A stretch of 64,000 bases of DNA from the human T2T-CHM13v2.0 reference genome, Homo sapiens: the NCBI RefSeq assembly GCF_009914755.1, contig NC_060925.1. One strand, given 5' to 3'. The notes under the pieces are model-generated. The model did no database searches. It saw only the letters and a list, made by a program, of their open reading frames with translations, and was not told the origin of the DNA. The position numbers and the translations under genes were made by a program. Below, one piece after another: positions 14,291 through 29,082 of this stretch (positions are counted from its first letter, which is position 1; the number at the start of each line of letters is the position of its first letter).

Positions 14291-15946
14291 GGCTGCTTGC
14301 CTCATCAGCAAGCTTTCGTCACAAGTGAGAAGAAGAAGATGTAATGCAGTCTGTGTGACGATAGCTGGGCCCACGTCACTCTGCTTTGAAAGCTACAAGC
14401 AGAGCCCTGGCTGGGACCTGTTGGTGTTGCCTTATCCGAACCCAAGGTGGAGTCCAAGGAGGGTGGTCCTGCCGTGGAAAGACTGGGGGCCTCAGAGGCC
14501 GAGGCTGTTCACTCTGAGCCACGGAGCATTGAGGAAAGAGGGGCTGGGGATGGTCACAGCCAGCTGAAAGCCCAGGGATAATGACTGGGATGTATACATT
14601 CCATGACACTTAGGAAATAAAAAGAGAATGAAAGATGGATGCTTTAACATCATAGTTGGGACACAGAGCTCTTCTAAGTTGGTTATGTGTGATAGTTTAC
14701 CTCACGTAAGAATGTATCTGAAACCCACAAATGCCAAATCATGAAATGTTCACTCTTACAAATCCCAAGGGCCTATATATCTAAGTCCCGAATCCTTCCC
14801 ACTTCTTCCTCAGACAAGATGCAGACATGGAGGAAATGAAGGTTGAATCCTTTCATAAGCATCTGATGATTGATATCCCATATGGATCTCTCATATAGCC
14901 CTATCTTCTTTATGGTATTAGGGTAGCAGAACTCACCTCTCAGGCCACCTTAAGCAGTTATACAAATCCCAAATGTCAGAATTGGGAGCCAAAGCCCAGC
15001 AGGCCCCAGATACGATTCTGTGAAGCACCCACTACTGTCAGCCATAGTACAACATATTAATAAACTGACATCTGATTCATCCCAAGTTAGAAGGCTACTT
15101 GACTCATCCTTTGCTATTCAGGGACATCAGCAGCAGTGATAGAGGTATCATCAGGAGAGAAATCATAAATAGCAAGGCAGCAGCAAGAGGCACCTGACTT
15201 TCCTAGATTTATTATAGAGAGAGACCCCTTGCAATCTTGGGGAAGGCTACTGACATCTGCCTCTCACACAGGTAAGCCATTTAACAAACTTTAGCAGATA
15301 CTTAAATGTGTCACAGCTAATTTTATAAGGCAAGGCTAAAAATGCTTTGTTCACCCTAAACTTTATCAGCAAGACCAAGAGCTACCATAAACTCTTAAAG
15401 ATACGTAACAGTCCTCACAAAAACCAACTTTATTATGACATCAATGTCTGGAAGCATAATCCTGCTTCTATTCTTACATATTTATATGAAGCATTTTTCT
15501 ACAAGGGGGTATTTTAGCATATCCAGGCATGTCACACATTTCTACTGTGTACTCAAAGTTGAAACCAAGCAGGAGCCATCAGACTCACAGGGAAAAAAAA
15601 CAGCATATTTGCTAATAAGTATCCTGTTTATACTTTTCTTGTCAAGTCGAAGCATAGTTTTGTTTTCATTAACATCTGTCTTTGCTAAACTCATCAGTGT
15701 CTCTCAAGAGAAGCTAATGTGCTTGCATTTCACCTGAATTTGTGAATACCACATGTCTTGAATTTCTAGCAAGAACAATTTTTGTCAGTGCCTTAAGTGA
15801 CAATTATAATCAATCTGTGGGGGTCTGGCTAAAACTAGCAAATTATTGTCTTTCACACTGCAAATAGAACCCTAAAGCTTCCACTCAGTTGTTAGGTTGT
15901 AGTCTTTATGTGGGTTCTGCAGACAAAATGAGGAGAATGTACTAGA

Positions 15947-16160
15947 TTGAGGTCAGCAAACCTATGGCCTCCAGGCCAAATGTGGCCCACTGCCTGTTTT
16001 TGTAAATAAAGTTTATTGAAACACAGCCACGTGCATTCAGTTATATACTGTGCATGGTTACTTGGGCACTACATTGGCAAGAGATGAATAGTTGAAAAAG
16101 AGCTTGGATGGCCTATAAAGCTAAAAATGTTTAACATCTGGTCCTTTATAGACTCCTGGC
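15947..16160 (+). mobile_element. MER58A-like hAT-Charlie DNA transposon relic
   Basis: gaggtcagcaaacctatggcc...ggccaaatgtggcccactgcctgtttttgtaaataaagtttattgaaacacagccac matches the recalled MER58A consensus. Confidence 0.8.
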
Positions 16161-16959
16161 CTAGATAATTCCTGCCATTGTCCATATTAGGGTTTTCTCC
16201 ATGGACACATGGCTGGCTACATTTACTATACCTAAATCTAATTTGTCTCCAGCCAAGGCCCATGGGTATGAGTTTGTGATCAGATTTAAAGATGACCTCG
16301 GGTCTGTGAGACAGACCCCAAACTTATGAGATGGGCAGAGGGTGGGTGAAAGATAGTGTGATCTGGAGAAAAGGTAATGGCATCAGGACTCAGAATCTCT
16401 GAGTTCTTACATCAGTGCTGGCCATGAGCATCACCCACTACTCTAAGTCTTCTTTTTCCCATTGTGAATGAGAGTAATAACAATCTTGTATGTGTGGATA
16501 CCTGGGCAGTGATGGAATTCCCTAAATGACATCACGTGGTTTGATTAAAAAATAAATTAATAAATGAAGTTCTTCCAGAGAAGTTGGAGCTGAAATTATC
16601 ACCCTAAATCATAAGATACCTGGTAGGTATCAGATGTCAATTATGAGATCAGACCTCAATTATCATCCTAAATCATAAGACGCCTGGTGGGAAACCCTGT
16701 AAACAATGAAACAGAAGTGACATAACAATTCCCTGAATGGACATGACTGCATCCCAGCTTTGTAATGGCCCTATTCTATTGTCCTGATATCCCTAATTGC
16801 CTCGGTCTTTTCCCTAAGCACAATCCTCTAGGACTCCTCTGAGAGGCTGCCATGATCACAGATGCTTTTCTGACTCTCTAAGCTGGTGGCCCCTGGGTCA
16901 CACATTGTATGCAAGATTGTTACAGGCAGCTTGCATGGCCCCCCAAGAGTTTACTGAGC

Positions 16960-17200
16960 TAATATTTAATGGGTACTTCCCTATAGGCCAGGCACTACGG
17001 GAAGTGGTTTATAAGAATCATCTCATTTAATAATTAAAACAGCCCTATAAAGTAGGATTTATTATTCCCATTTTATGGATAGGGAAAGTGAGTTTAGAGT
17101 GATTAAGCAATTTGTCCAAGGTCAACAAAAAGATCGAGTAAATGGCAGAACTAAGATTTAAATTGGTCTCTCTGAGAGCAAAGCCCTTGCTGTAAACTGC
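16960..17200 (-). mobile_element. MIR relic
   Basis: ccaggcact...attattccccattttatggatagggaaagtgag...aagcaatttgtccaaggtca. Confidence 0.7.
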
Positions 17201-17494
17201 CTCACTAAAATTCAATACCATACAACTATAGTCTTGGTTGGTTCTCAATGACCAGCATCTTCTCAGAGCCAATCTCAGGCTTCTTTGCAATATTTGGTCT
17301 TCTTGCCCGATCCAGCTCTTCCTTTACCTTTTGAAGCAGCTCATAGACCTCACCATGACAGCATCTTGTACCATTCTCTATGTTCCTTCCTAATCTTCAA
17401 ATAAAGGGTTTCTACTGTACTAGCTAAAAGAAATAAAATTATTCCATAACCTGGAAAATTGGAGAAACTGTCCAACTCTAATACCACCAAGTAG

Positions 17495-17750
17495 CAGAAT
17501 TGTGTAGCAGAGTCAAGTTTGGAGTCAGATACACTTGCCTTAAATCCTGGCTTCCTTTCTTACAGCCTATGTGACTTTGGGCCTATAATTTACTTTCTCT
17601 CAGTCTCAGTGTTCACATCTGAAAGATGGAAGAAATGATAGCTATTTCAAAAGGTTGCTATGGAAATTGATTGATAGTATGTATGCAAATGATCCCATAC
17701 AGTGCTGGAGACACAGTGAGGGCTTAGTGAGCAATAGCTTTATTACTATG
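17495..17750 (+). mobile_element. MIR relic
   Basis: tttggagtcaga...aaatcctggc...tgtgactttgggc...tctcagtgttcacatctgaaagatgg. Confidence 0.75.
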
Positions 17751-18719
17751 AATATTACCAGTTTCTAATATTGATTGAAACCTCATGGAAATTATGACTC
17801 CTGCTTTCAAAAGGATCTTCAGGGATTTCTGAAACTGAGTAGTTGAAAGTAAATTGCTAGCTTCTATATCAAGTGAACTAGATTGCTGAACAGAATATTA
17901 CATCAACTTGTTAAAAAGACATCAGCATCCTTTTGAAAATTTGGCCTCTTAGCTATTTTTCTTGCTATCTGCAGAGATGAGGGTAGCATAAGGCCTCTGT
18001 GAACTTCAGGAAAGAGAAAAACAGATTTGCAAAGAAGATGTAAAGACTGAAAAGGAGTGGAAAAGATGATGGAAACTCTACTTGTCTCTCAGTTCTGCCA
18101 AGGGCCCTCTTCAAATAGTAAGCATTAATAATGTGATTAAATGCTCCCTGAAAGCAGAACTTTGTCTTATTCATTTCCTATCTACTTAGTAGCTAAAAAA
18201 ATCTGAAGCCTGAAAACAGTGTTAAATAATCAATATCTAAATGAAGGAATGAGTCAATGATTTTAAAAAATCAATATGTCAATAATGCTTTGAAAATACT
18301 TTTCTAGTTTCTAAAAATTTCCCGCAAAAATGCAAAAGTTTGTATATGAAGAAGCTAAGTTCATTGTTACATGACTTTCACAATTTTAGAGTTAGAATTC
18401 CCCAACTACCCTTTTCCCTTCCCTGCCAATAAACCCACCACCAGCTGTGAGGTGGTGTGACTGAAGCCAAGGTTAGCAGGTGGGATTAGCCAAGCTGAAC
18501 AGAGTCTGAGCTTCTGGGGTTAGCTGCCTGGTGTAGCCACGGAAAGAAAATTTGTGTTCCATCATGGTTGTTGGTCCTAGTGCTTGTAGCGTTATTAGTG
18601 TCAAAGTAAAAATGGAGTAAAGTGTCAGATGAATCTCAGCAGTCAAAAGTCAACAAAACATCAAAAGTTGGTGAAATGACACATACTAAATATATATTGT
18701 GTGCTCACTATGGGTCAGG

Positions 18720-18960
18720 AGAGGAGTGCTTCTCAAAGTATAGTATCTGGACTCTGTGGACTGCCTTGATTCAATTCATAGTCCTGCAAACTAATAGTTG
18801 TTTACTTTTAGATAAATCACATAGCCTGTTATGCTCAGTCCCCTTGTCTGCAAAATGAGTAATAACAAACCCTACTTTATGGTGTGGTAAGAATAAAAAA
18901 TAAGTTAAAATATATTGAAAGCACTTGAAACAATGTCTAGCACATAGTAAGTGCAAAACA
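18720..18960 (+). mobile_element. MIR relic
   Basis: ctcagtccccttgtctgcaaaatgagtaataac...aagcacttgaaacaatgtctagcacatagtaagtgc. Confidence 0.7.
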
Positions 18961-21195
18961 CAATTTTGATGATGATGATGACAATGATGATGGTGTCTAT
19001 GTTATATTTTGATTCTCCTAACATCTCCTAACATCTCTATAAGTTAGGTCTTAGTCTGTTTGTTGTACTGAAAACAAGAAATCGTGAAATCAGTTTTTCA
19101 GCCTCTGCTAAAGGAAACGGCTCTGACCTGTGCGTGGAGCAGGAGTGTACCACATAAGCCCACCTCCCCACTAAAACCACCAGGGGAAGGCTAGGATCAC
19201 ATTCACCTGTGGGATAACCTGATATGAAAGCTTTGAACAAACAGGGGCTATGGTAACAAATTAGATACATCTGCTTCTTTCACTAAGGAGTTAGAATAAG
19301 GGAGGAAGGCAGGACATTTAACAGCAGTGGGAACAAAGCTGGAAACACTGTGAAGCTGTGAAAAGTCAGGACAGGTCATGAGTGAGGTGACTTGATGAGT
19401 AAATGGAGTGTCAAACACATAAAAGCTTTGCAATTGAGAAAGATTTATAGAATAGACTAGACAAAGAAGCTAATTCATAGCAAGAGGAGCAATAGAAACA
19501 GGTGTGAAAGAGCCAAACCACAAGCTATGGAGGCTGAGGGCTGATAAAATCACTCAGATCCTCAACAACTTCCCAGTTCCAGCCTTTGTGAAAATCTGCC
19601 CTTTGAATATACTTTTTAAAATCAGGAGAGTGTTGTCTCTTTTATCTCTATATAAATTTCTGCAGTACAACTCTATTACAGAGAAGGCCTCAGTGGATCT
19701 TCATTCTCTAAAACTAAAAAGCCTGACCAGTGCATTCATTTTATAGGTGAGATAATGAAGCTTCCAAAAAGCGCAGCAAATTACCTAAAGTGGTAAAGCC
19801 AGCATATGAAGTCCACTCTTCCAACTGTAAATCCAGCGTGTCTTTCTGCTACATCTCAGCTCTCACTTTACTAGAATATGAAAGGGCACCAAACAAGAAC
19901 AAAATAGATGAGCAACCCAAATGGTGAATGAATTCATGTATACCTATGCCCGACGCATCTTGACAAGAGATGCAGGGCATTCCATGGTGCCAGGTGAGGG
20001 ATGTTTGTAAGCCAAACCTTAGTTGGCACTTGACATGGTCCCCAAATGGACCCTGGCATCTCCAGGCTTTTGCACATCAGCGTTTCAGAAAGAAACAAAG
20101 AGCAAAGAGGTTTTGTTTCAAGAGATCTTACTGATTATCTTAGGAACTGCCCACAGCTTTCCTAATGGAAGGTAAAATACACAGTGATGGCCCTGGCATG
20201 TGGGCAGTATGACCAGTAAGTCGGTTCAGCCCCATGAAGGATGGCTTGAATTGCAAGAAAAGTCTTCTTTGAACTGAATCAAGACTTGTCTTTTTGTACT
20301 TTCCGACTTATTACTCTATCTCTGTCCTTTCTGGTAACATACAATATGCCTAAATGTCTCCATTTGTTGCTTAAAGATGAGAAGGACTGGTCCTGATAAA
20401 TTAGAGCATCCTAAGTTGAATGAAAAAAATACTACAAATTGACCATAAAGATGCAAAAGTGACCTTGATTAATGAATTTGTTAATGAGTTTTTGTAACAG
20501 ATCTGCTGAAGGCAAAAGGCGCTGACAAAAAAGACATCTAGCCCTCTCTCCTGTGCCCACAGACACTTAATAAGAACCTAATAGTGTTGATGACACACAG
20601 TGACTGCCACACTTGGAACTGCTCCTCTCTACATTGGAAGCGGCTGTGCTCTAGGTATGAAATGAGGCACGGCTTCAAGCAAACTCACATGCGATGCTCA
20701 GGCAACTGGACTGAACTTGAATGTAACAGTAAGGGCAAGGATGAGGCTTTGGTAGAAAGTTGTTATGCAGCACTGGAAACATGATCCTGGAGGCTCCCAT
20801 AGGTGTCTTCTGTGGGTTCTGTACTGACTCAGCCCCAAATACTACTTTTCCACACTGGAACTTTCCCACAGTGCCCATTTTATTTGCTGGACTCTGGGAC
20901 TGTATAATGGCACCTGCCTCTTTTGTCTCCAAATCTTGTTCCCAACATTGTTTCTCCCAGGAGTGAACTCTGTACCTTGGGTTCACCTGGAGATCCCAGA
21001 AACAGGGAGCCTGGGGGCAGGCTAAGGCCTCTGATGGCAGCCAGCAGTAGAAGGCCATGGGGGCCTCCAGATACTGGCCAAGGAGCCACAAACAGCTGGG
21101 GCTACTAAGATTTTTTTCCCCACAACAGTGACTAAGAAGGCTGAACCACAAAAGATATTCTCTACCAGTGGGAGTTATCAATACAGAAAAATTTC

Positions 21196-21196
<1 letters not shown>

Positions 21197-21221
<25 letters not shown>
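21197..21221 (+). repeat. (TA)n microsatellite
   Basis: About 12 AT units. Confidence 0.9.
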
Positions 21222-21227
<6 letters not shown>

Positions 21228-23316
21228 CTCCAAAGAATTTTAGAAAGGCTACTTGCTGTGAAAAATGTACTTAACCAATCCATATGCATATAGGAAATCT
21301 ATTAACACTGCCATCTTTAATTAAAGAGATGAAATATATAGACAATACATTTAAATTCTACTGTGCACCATTAAACTCGTTTGCGTACTTTAAGAAGAAA
21401 AATGTACACTGTATGGTAAATTAGCACAAGTACAATAAGAAAATTTAAATCCACACAGAGTCTGAATATCTGACATGAAGTCATATTGAAACCTGGTCTT
21501 CTATGGAGTAAACCATTTGCCTTTTAACTGACGAATTGCTTGACTTTTGGTTTAAACTCACACTCAGTTTTCATTTGCTGATTCTGCTTTCATTTGTTGA
21601 AGAGTTTGCAAAAGAGTATCTTTGTGTACTTTCATAGTTCTGAATGTCAACTATCTTGCAAAATTTGAAATAAATCTCTTCAGCCAAGTTTGAATCATGC
21701 AAGGAGGTTAAAATACATCATTTGACCCTCAAAGCAATAATGTAAGATTTCAGAAGGGAAATCCAATTATTCTATGCAAGGAAGAAATGGTACCTCTTTG
21801 GAAAAAATAATTCAAAAATTTTAGGATGTGATTGAAAAATAAGAAAAGCAAAAGGTTTTTCAGTTTTAAATTGCCGAGCTCCCAGCTGGGGAATTGGCTT
21901 TCTGCAAGCCCACAATTTTGCTGATGGTCGATTTATACTGGGCATGGTATAAAAGAGAACTTGCAAATTCTCATTCATACAATGCCATAAGGGTCCAAAA
22001 AGGTTTCTTTTACTTCTCATTCTCTAATTTCTTATATTTTGTGTTAAAACAAAACATAATATATGCAAAATATAGAAATAAACAGTGGTCTCTGCATTGA
22101 GGAAATATGGATAAAAAAGTATACATACAAAATGAGAGAAATGTAAACTTTAAGGTTTTCATAAAACCATTAATTCCCTCTTGCACATATTGGAAATAGT
22201 TAGGATTATTAGTTAAGCTTTTAATTATACATTTTCTTAACAGAAGAGGTTGGATGTATTCATGTTTCGATAATCGCTTTATCTTTTCTCTTTTTCCAAT
22301 TATGCTATTTTGATCTAATTTGAAAACTGTATCAATATTGATCATTAGAGTTAATGAAAAAATAGTCTTGCTATTGTTATTTCATAACTAAAGGGGTTTT
22401 GGTAATAAGATTTAATTTAAGTGCATTTCACTTCTCAATATTGTTACAAATCAAAGAATTTTGCTATCTTCTGGCTTTTGTAATGCTGTCATCCAGATGC
22501 CTCAAATAGCTGCCTACCTTTCCTCCAAAGGGTATGGTATAAAGTGTGTCAAATAAAGTCTACCACCACTTGAGTCTCTTAGGAGGAAGCCATCAGAGAT
22601 TCTAGGAACAACATCTTCAAACAGGATACCCTCAGGCTTTATTTCTAAGCTGAGGGCAGATACACAACTTCAGACTTTGAAATTGTTTCTAGAATAGAAT
22701 CCTAAGGATGAGAAATGCAGTGTGTGGGGTGTGTGTATGGAATGGGAATTGAGGACAATGAGACGGCTAGGTGGGCTGCAGTAGGCTCCACTAACCAAAC
22801 CATCTTTGACAGGGAAAGGAGCGGGTAGGGAGGAAATATTTATATCTCCACTTCATCCTGAGATTCCTGTTCTGTGGAAGTCAAAGGCCTTCCTGATTTT
22901 TTTATGGAGATGTTGGCCTGTCCACATACAAGAGGCCAACCCAAAGACAACACAAATCTTTTGCACCCTTACGTTTGCCTATGCCCTTTTGTCCTCTGTC
23001 TCTTTAGCCTGGTTAAAAATAAAAGAGAATAAATTAAAATTAAGCTGAAGGAATAATCTCTTCCATTTTATTTGAAAAATAAAATGTCATAGTGGTCTGC
23101 CATTGGTGACAAGTAGCATATGAAGGAGAGGTCTCAGAGATAAGTTTAAAGTTGACTCTTGTTCTTTCTCCATTTCAGTGTCCACTGTCCACTAATTCTT
23201 GCTCAGGGGATCTAATTTGAAAAAACACTATAATGTAGGGTTTTTCATATGGGTTGTTCTATTTTAAGGGCACAGCCTATTTCCTAAAGTCTTTGGCATT
23301 TTTGATCAGCATATAT

Positions 23317-23440
23317 ATTTTTTAAATTTTGTATTTCCATTGATTTTTGGGGAACAGATGGTGTTTGGTTACATGAGTAAGTTCTTTAGTGGTGATTTGT
23401 AAGATTTTGGTGCTCCCATCCCCCCAGCAGTATACCCACC
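23317..23440 (-). mobile_element. Short L1 3'-end fragment (L1PB-like)
   Basis: tttttggggaacagatggtgtttggttacatgagtaagttctttagtggtgatttg...ttttggtgctcccatc. Confidence 0.75.
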
Positions 23441-23442
23441 CC

Positions 23443-23489
23443 CACAAACATACACAAACAAACACACACACACACACATACACACACAC
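23443..23489 (+). repeat. Imperfect (CA)n microsatellite
   Basis: CA-rich run directly after the L1 fragment. Confidence 0.85.
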
Positions 23490-25148
23490 TTCTCTAGAAA
23501 ACTTATTGAGCACCTAATTCCAGGGATAGATGGTAGGGTGCTTCCTACACTGAAGATACAATGTGGCAACAAGTACAAGCTTCAGGCTGTTTATCTTTCT
23601 GCAGATTCTCGCACTATGCCCCCAGCCCTCCCTAGACTCCCCTTCTGACATATTGTTTGTCTCAACTTCTTCTATTTAGGGTCCTTCTTTAAAATATAAT
23701 CACAATATTTATTTTTGGAAATCTCTATACACCTTTCTTTACCTTAAACATTTTCATCAGTGTGACAAAGACTGGTTCTTTGAAATGGTCTCAGGCCAAA
23801 ACAAAACAAAACCACCCATGACCACCATTGCATCCCACACTGATGGCAGGATGTGGATGGCTGACGAGAAATCCACCATTGTGCCCTTCTTTTTAGTCAG
23901 ACCATATTATAAATTTGAAGACAATCTGGCCTCTAAATTCGTCACTCCAGTCAATGCCAGGGCCAATTCAGCTGACCTGCCTGAATCCTACCACTCTCTG
24001 GACACTACAAGCTACAATAAAGAAGACAACCTTCTCACAGAGGAAAAACACTGTTCTTTAATAAGAAGATGCAAGTACTGGAACTCCCATGCTATAAACC
24101 TTGATTAATTTGTAAATGTAAGTATTAGCAACCTCATTTACCTGCCTGACATCTGACCTTATGTGGATATTAAGGCTTAACATTTGCAATTCAGGAACTC
24201 TTTTCTCCACCATATAATTTAAACAAAGTGCCTCGTGTACATGCAGGTAACCTATCAAGCCAGTTTACTTACGGGGACATGGGTTGAGGAAGAAATAGAA
24301 GGCTTACATTTTGAGATTTTATCAGAGATTTTATAGAGAGATTTTCCATCTTTGGATAATAGGCATTCTTCTATGTCTAAAATGCACTCAGTTTCCCTCA
24401 GTCTGATACACAAAACTAAATAGCATGTAGTGATGGTACTAGAGCAACAGATGAAATAAGGTTTGAACTAAGACTCAAGCTGCTTCTGAGTTGAGTTTCC
24501 TAACAGTGAAATAATCTACACCCTCCCATATACATGGCTTATAAATAATCAGTCAAGTCTCAACCTGCTATTAGGCTACCCTAAGAGCAGACAATGTATT
24601 TGTTTACCAGTACAATATCAATACATAAAATACCAAGTGTGACAGGTTTTATTCATCTCTTCACTGGGAAATTCATTCACTTATTCCACAAATATTAATT
24701 AAGTATCAACGATGTGAATGCATTGTTCTAGGCACTGGGGACACATCAGTAAAAAAAACAACACTAAACAAAAACCCTGGCCTGCCATCATAGCACTTAC
24801 TTTCCAGTGAGATTCTAGAATACAAGTTCCTACAATGTTAGAAAAAACCTTCCAACTTTTTTTGAGGCTTCAAATTTCTAAGTAGGAGAAGGAATGTTAA
24901 TAGTAAAGGATCTGAGTTGAGCTAGAGAGAGGTGCAAGTGTCTACCCACATGCCCTCTATTGTAAGAGGAGAGAAAGCCAGTTTACTGGCTTCCTCCTGG
25001 CTGGGAGAAGAGAAAAGAGAACTTGGTAGTGGCAAGCAGCTTGGAGAGTCAGTCATTTAACAAACATTTGTGGAGCAACAACTTTAAGATTCTCCAATAC
25101 ACTAATTGGATAATTCCCATCTATGACAATCTATTAGCCTCATCTAAT

Positions 25149-25433
25149 TTTGTTGTTGTTTGAGACAGAGGCTCACTCTGTCACCCAGGCGGAAGTGCAG
25201 AGGTGCAATCTCGGCTCACTGCAACCTTCACCTCCTGTGTTCAAGCAATTCTCAGGTCTCAGCCTCCCAAGTAGCTGGGACTGCAGGTGTGCCCAGCTAA
25301 GTTTTGTATTTTTAGTAGAGATGGGGTTTCACCATGTTGGCTAGGCTGGTCTTGAACTCCTGGCCTCAAGTGATCCGTCCATCTTGGTTTCCCAAAGTGC
25401 TGGGATTACAAGTGTGAGTCACTGTGCCTGGCT
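25149..25433 (-). mobile_element. Alu (AluS-like) about 280 bp downstream of the exon
   Basis: Both arms present, (TTG) tail. Degenerate TSD cct(c/g)atctaat at 25138-25148 and 25436-25446. Confidence 0.93.
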
Positions 25434-25692
25434 GCCCTGATCTAATATTATCTCTGGTTTGTTAAAGTTTCTTCATATCTGAGCATGTTCCTAGAGAAAA
25501 CAGTTGGGGAATGGTACTGTTAGAAATAGTTGCAATTATTACTTACATCACAGGTGGATGCATTTCCCACAAATGGGAAATTTACTTATTAACATGATCA
25601 ATGATCATTACAGAGTTAGGTCTGATAGAGTGATATCTATAATACCAAGACCCTTAATGTCAAGGTAACATAAGCTATGGCCTGAGAGGCTA

Positions 25693-26031
<339 letters not shown>

Positions 26032-26814
26032 TCAGATTTTACTGCTACTCCAAACCACAAGGAAGAGGAGAGACCCTGAGAAGAAGACAATTATCTCCCG
26101 TAGGTCTTTCCACCATAAATCTAGTGAACCAGGCTCTCACCCATCGAAAAAAATATCAAGGTGAAAATTCAAGTTCTTCCCCTTATTTCTATGATCTTTT
26201 ACACAGCTCAGTTTGAATACCTGATACCTCCCGAGGTAAATACAAGGTTGTTTGCCTCTTGTAAATTTGAAAGTATGAGTTCCCCAGCAATTATTCCTAG
26301 ACATACCAGTAAATTTACCAAGGAGAGAGTTGGTAATTACTGTGAAGACAACTGGCATTTATGGAATAGTCCTGGGAGGTTACTGCAGAGCAACTGGGGC
26401 TGGTAGGTTATTTCTAAAACCACAATCACTTGCTGCATAGTCCACTGGAGATGTTTGCTAACTTGCTATGACAGGTAAAGTAATGTTATAATTCCTTTTA
26501 ATTTTGTTTCTTCAGTTTTGCAGAGCAGAGTTGGTATACATGAAGAAGACAGTGAAGAATCAGGCCCTTATCACAGACACACTCACTTGATTCTCAGGGA
26601 TGGAGACTGAGGCACGAGACTAGCATCAATGACTTAATAGCAAAATACGAAAACTGACTATGCCCCTAGCACTGTAGTTGGTGCTAAGGTAGTACTGCAA
26701 AATATGCCGTGTGTATGTTCCTCTCTTTTGCATTCTCAAGCAATATTATATCAAAGCTCTGAGACATAACACAGTAGAAAAACCTGATTAACTGAGTCTC
26801 TCCCAAATTTCTAG

Positions 26815-27241
<427 letters not shown>

Positions 27242-28940
27242 TAATAATAATTTCACAGACATAAAAGAGATTTAATAAGACACACTTAGAATGTATTCTC
27301 TCATCAAGTACCACAACCATAAAAAGGAAAACAATTTTAAGTATTTATGGAGCTTACAAATATATTTCACTATTTGTGGGAGGGCACAACTGATGTTATT
27401 TATTTATCGATTGGTTTGTTTATTCAACAGGCATGAATTGGCCATGTATTATGCACAGGCACTGTCCCAGGCACTCAGATACTAATCTAAACGAGATCCT
27501 CAACAAATTCTACAAAGCAACCCACCATGAGTGAATGTGACAAGTGTGACACCAGTGGCAAAGCTTTGTGGGAACACAGAAGAAGAAAAGAGTAATCTTG
27601 TCTGGGTAGAGGGTAGAAGAGGGGAGGAAAGTAGCCTCTGAGGATGATGATACTGGTAATGGGTTTGATGGGCAAGTGGACTTCCTTTCAATAGGTAGAG
27701 AAGTAGGGGAAGTATGTTCAGGCTTTGATAGGGGAATAAGGATGAGGAAAAGGAAGAATATCAGCTGGTCCGCTAAGGGTAGGGCAATTAGAAGGTTTTA
27801 TATGAGCCACAGGTCATTAGCCTGTCTCAAAAGACACTGATATGATTCTCTGTCTTGTCCTACCATCCCACAGATGAGGGATAAGGTACAATTAAGAGTG
27901 TGGGTCAGGGCTAAAAGAGAAAGGGATCAGAGCCCTCTTCCATCCTTGGCCCCTCCCTAACCACCTAGAGGACTCAGTCATCCCATTGGGTTGCTAAGCT
28001 GTCCATGAACTCAGACAAAGCATCCAGGAAGCTGTAGTGGGCAGAGGGTGTGAGGACGGACAATCCCCTGAACCCCAGTCCTGGCTTTCTATAAGCATGG
28101 CCTCATTTATTAAGCGAGGCTGTGACACAGACTTCTCCAGGAAAAGAGTCCCTCTTTCTACTAAGGAGGCTTCCAGATTTCCATGTGGGGAGAAACCTGT
28201 GGGCATGTCTGTGGGGGTGCATGGTTGGAGCAGCAGTTACCCGCAGCTCTTCAGAGGAGGCCTGACAATCACAAACTCCATTCCCCACTTGGGCGCTTAT
28301 CCTTCCAACCACTACTCATGCCTTCAAATCAAAGCCCCAAAAGCTCCTCCCAAGAAACACACTCTCCTCCTGTGAGTGCCTGTCCTGTTATTGCAGCGGA
28401 AACCAAACTCTGTCTCCTAACCCTGGACATAAAAATCACAAGCTGTCATAGCTCGTAACAGAGCACCTGATGACGGAATTAAATCACCCACAGCAGGGCA
28501 CCTCCAGCCTCCTGCCTGCACCCATTCCACCCGAGGGCAGGATTTATCTCATACACATCTGAGTGCCACTCAGCCCTTCCTGTAACTATTCCGAAGGATC
28601 TAGCACCTCATGCCTCTAAAGCACTTGGCAAACCAGATTTTTATTTCCCAGGAGATCCTCCTCAAGTAGGTCAGGCTTATTACCTCTGTTTCCATTGTGG
28701 AAGCAAGGCAAGGTTCTTAGACCAAGGTCACCCCAGTCTGACACAGAACAAAGGCTGATGTGGATGAACAATTTGTCCCCTCCACCCCACAACACACGCA
28801 CCAGACAACATCATCTCAGAGCATGCACAGACAGACAGCACACTTGAGTAGCTAAATCCATGTAGTCATTTAGGAGCTTTTATGCTGCAGTCTTTTAAGT
28901 TTTTATACTAGGTCTTCGTATCCCATGATTTCTTTGAAAA

Positions 28941-29082
28941 TTGAGATATAATTCACATACCATAAAATTCACCCTTTTCAAGTATATAATTTGGTGGTTT
29001 TTAATATATTCACAAAGTTGTGCAGCCACAGTCTAATCCCAGAACATTCCATCAGCTCAAGAAGTTCCATACCTATTAGCAG
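28941..29082 (-). mobile_element. L1M (MB/MC-like) 3'-end fragment
   Basis: ttgagatataattcacataccataaaattcaccctttt...tattcacaaagttgtgca, closely similar to the start of the L1 at 56178. Confidence 0.75.

Noticed and set aside
20675-21181. Longest ORF in the track (168 aa); also 58225-58713 (162 aa)
   Set aside because: Non-ATG starts, no recognisable domain and no convincing exon structure. Such lengths can arise by chance in 64 kb.
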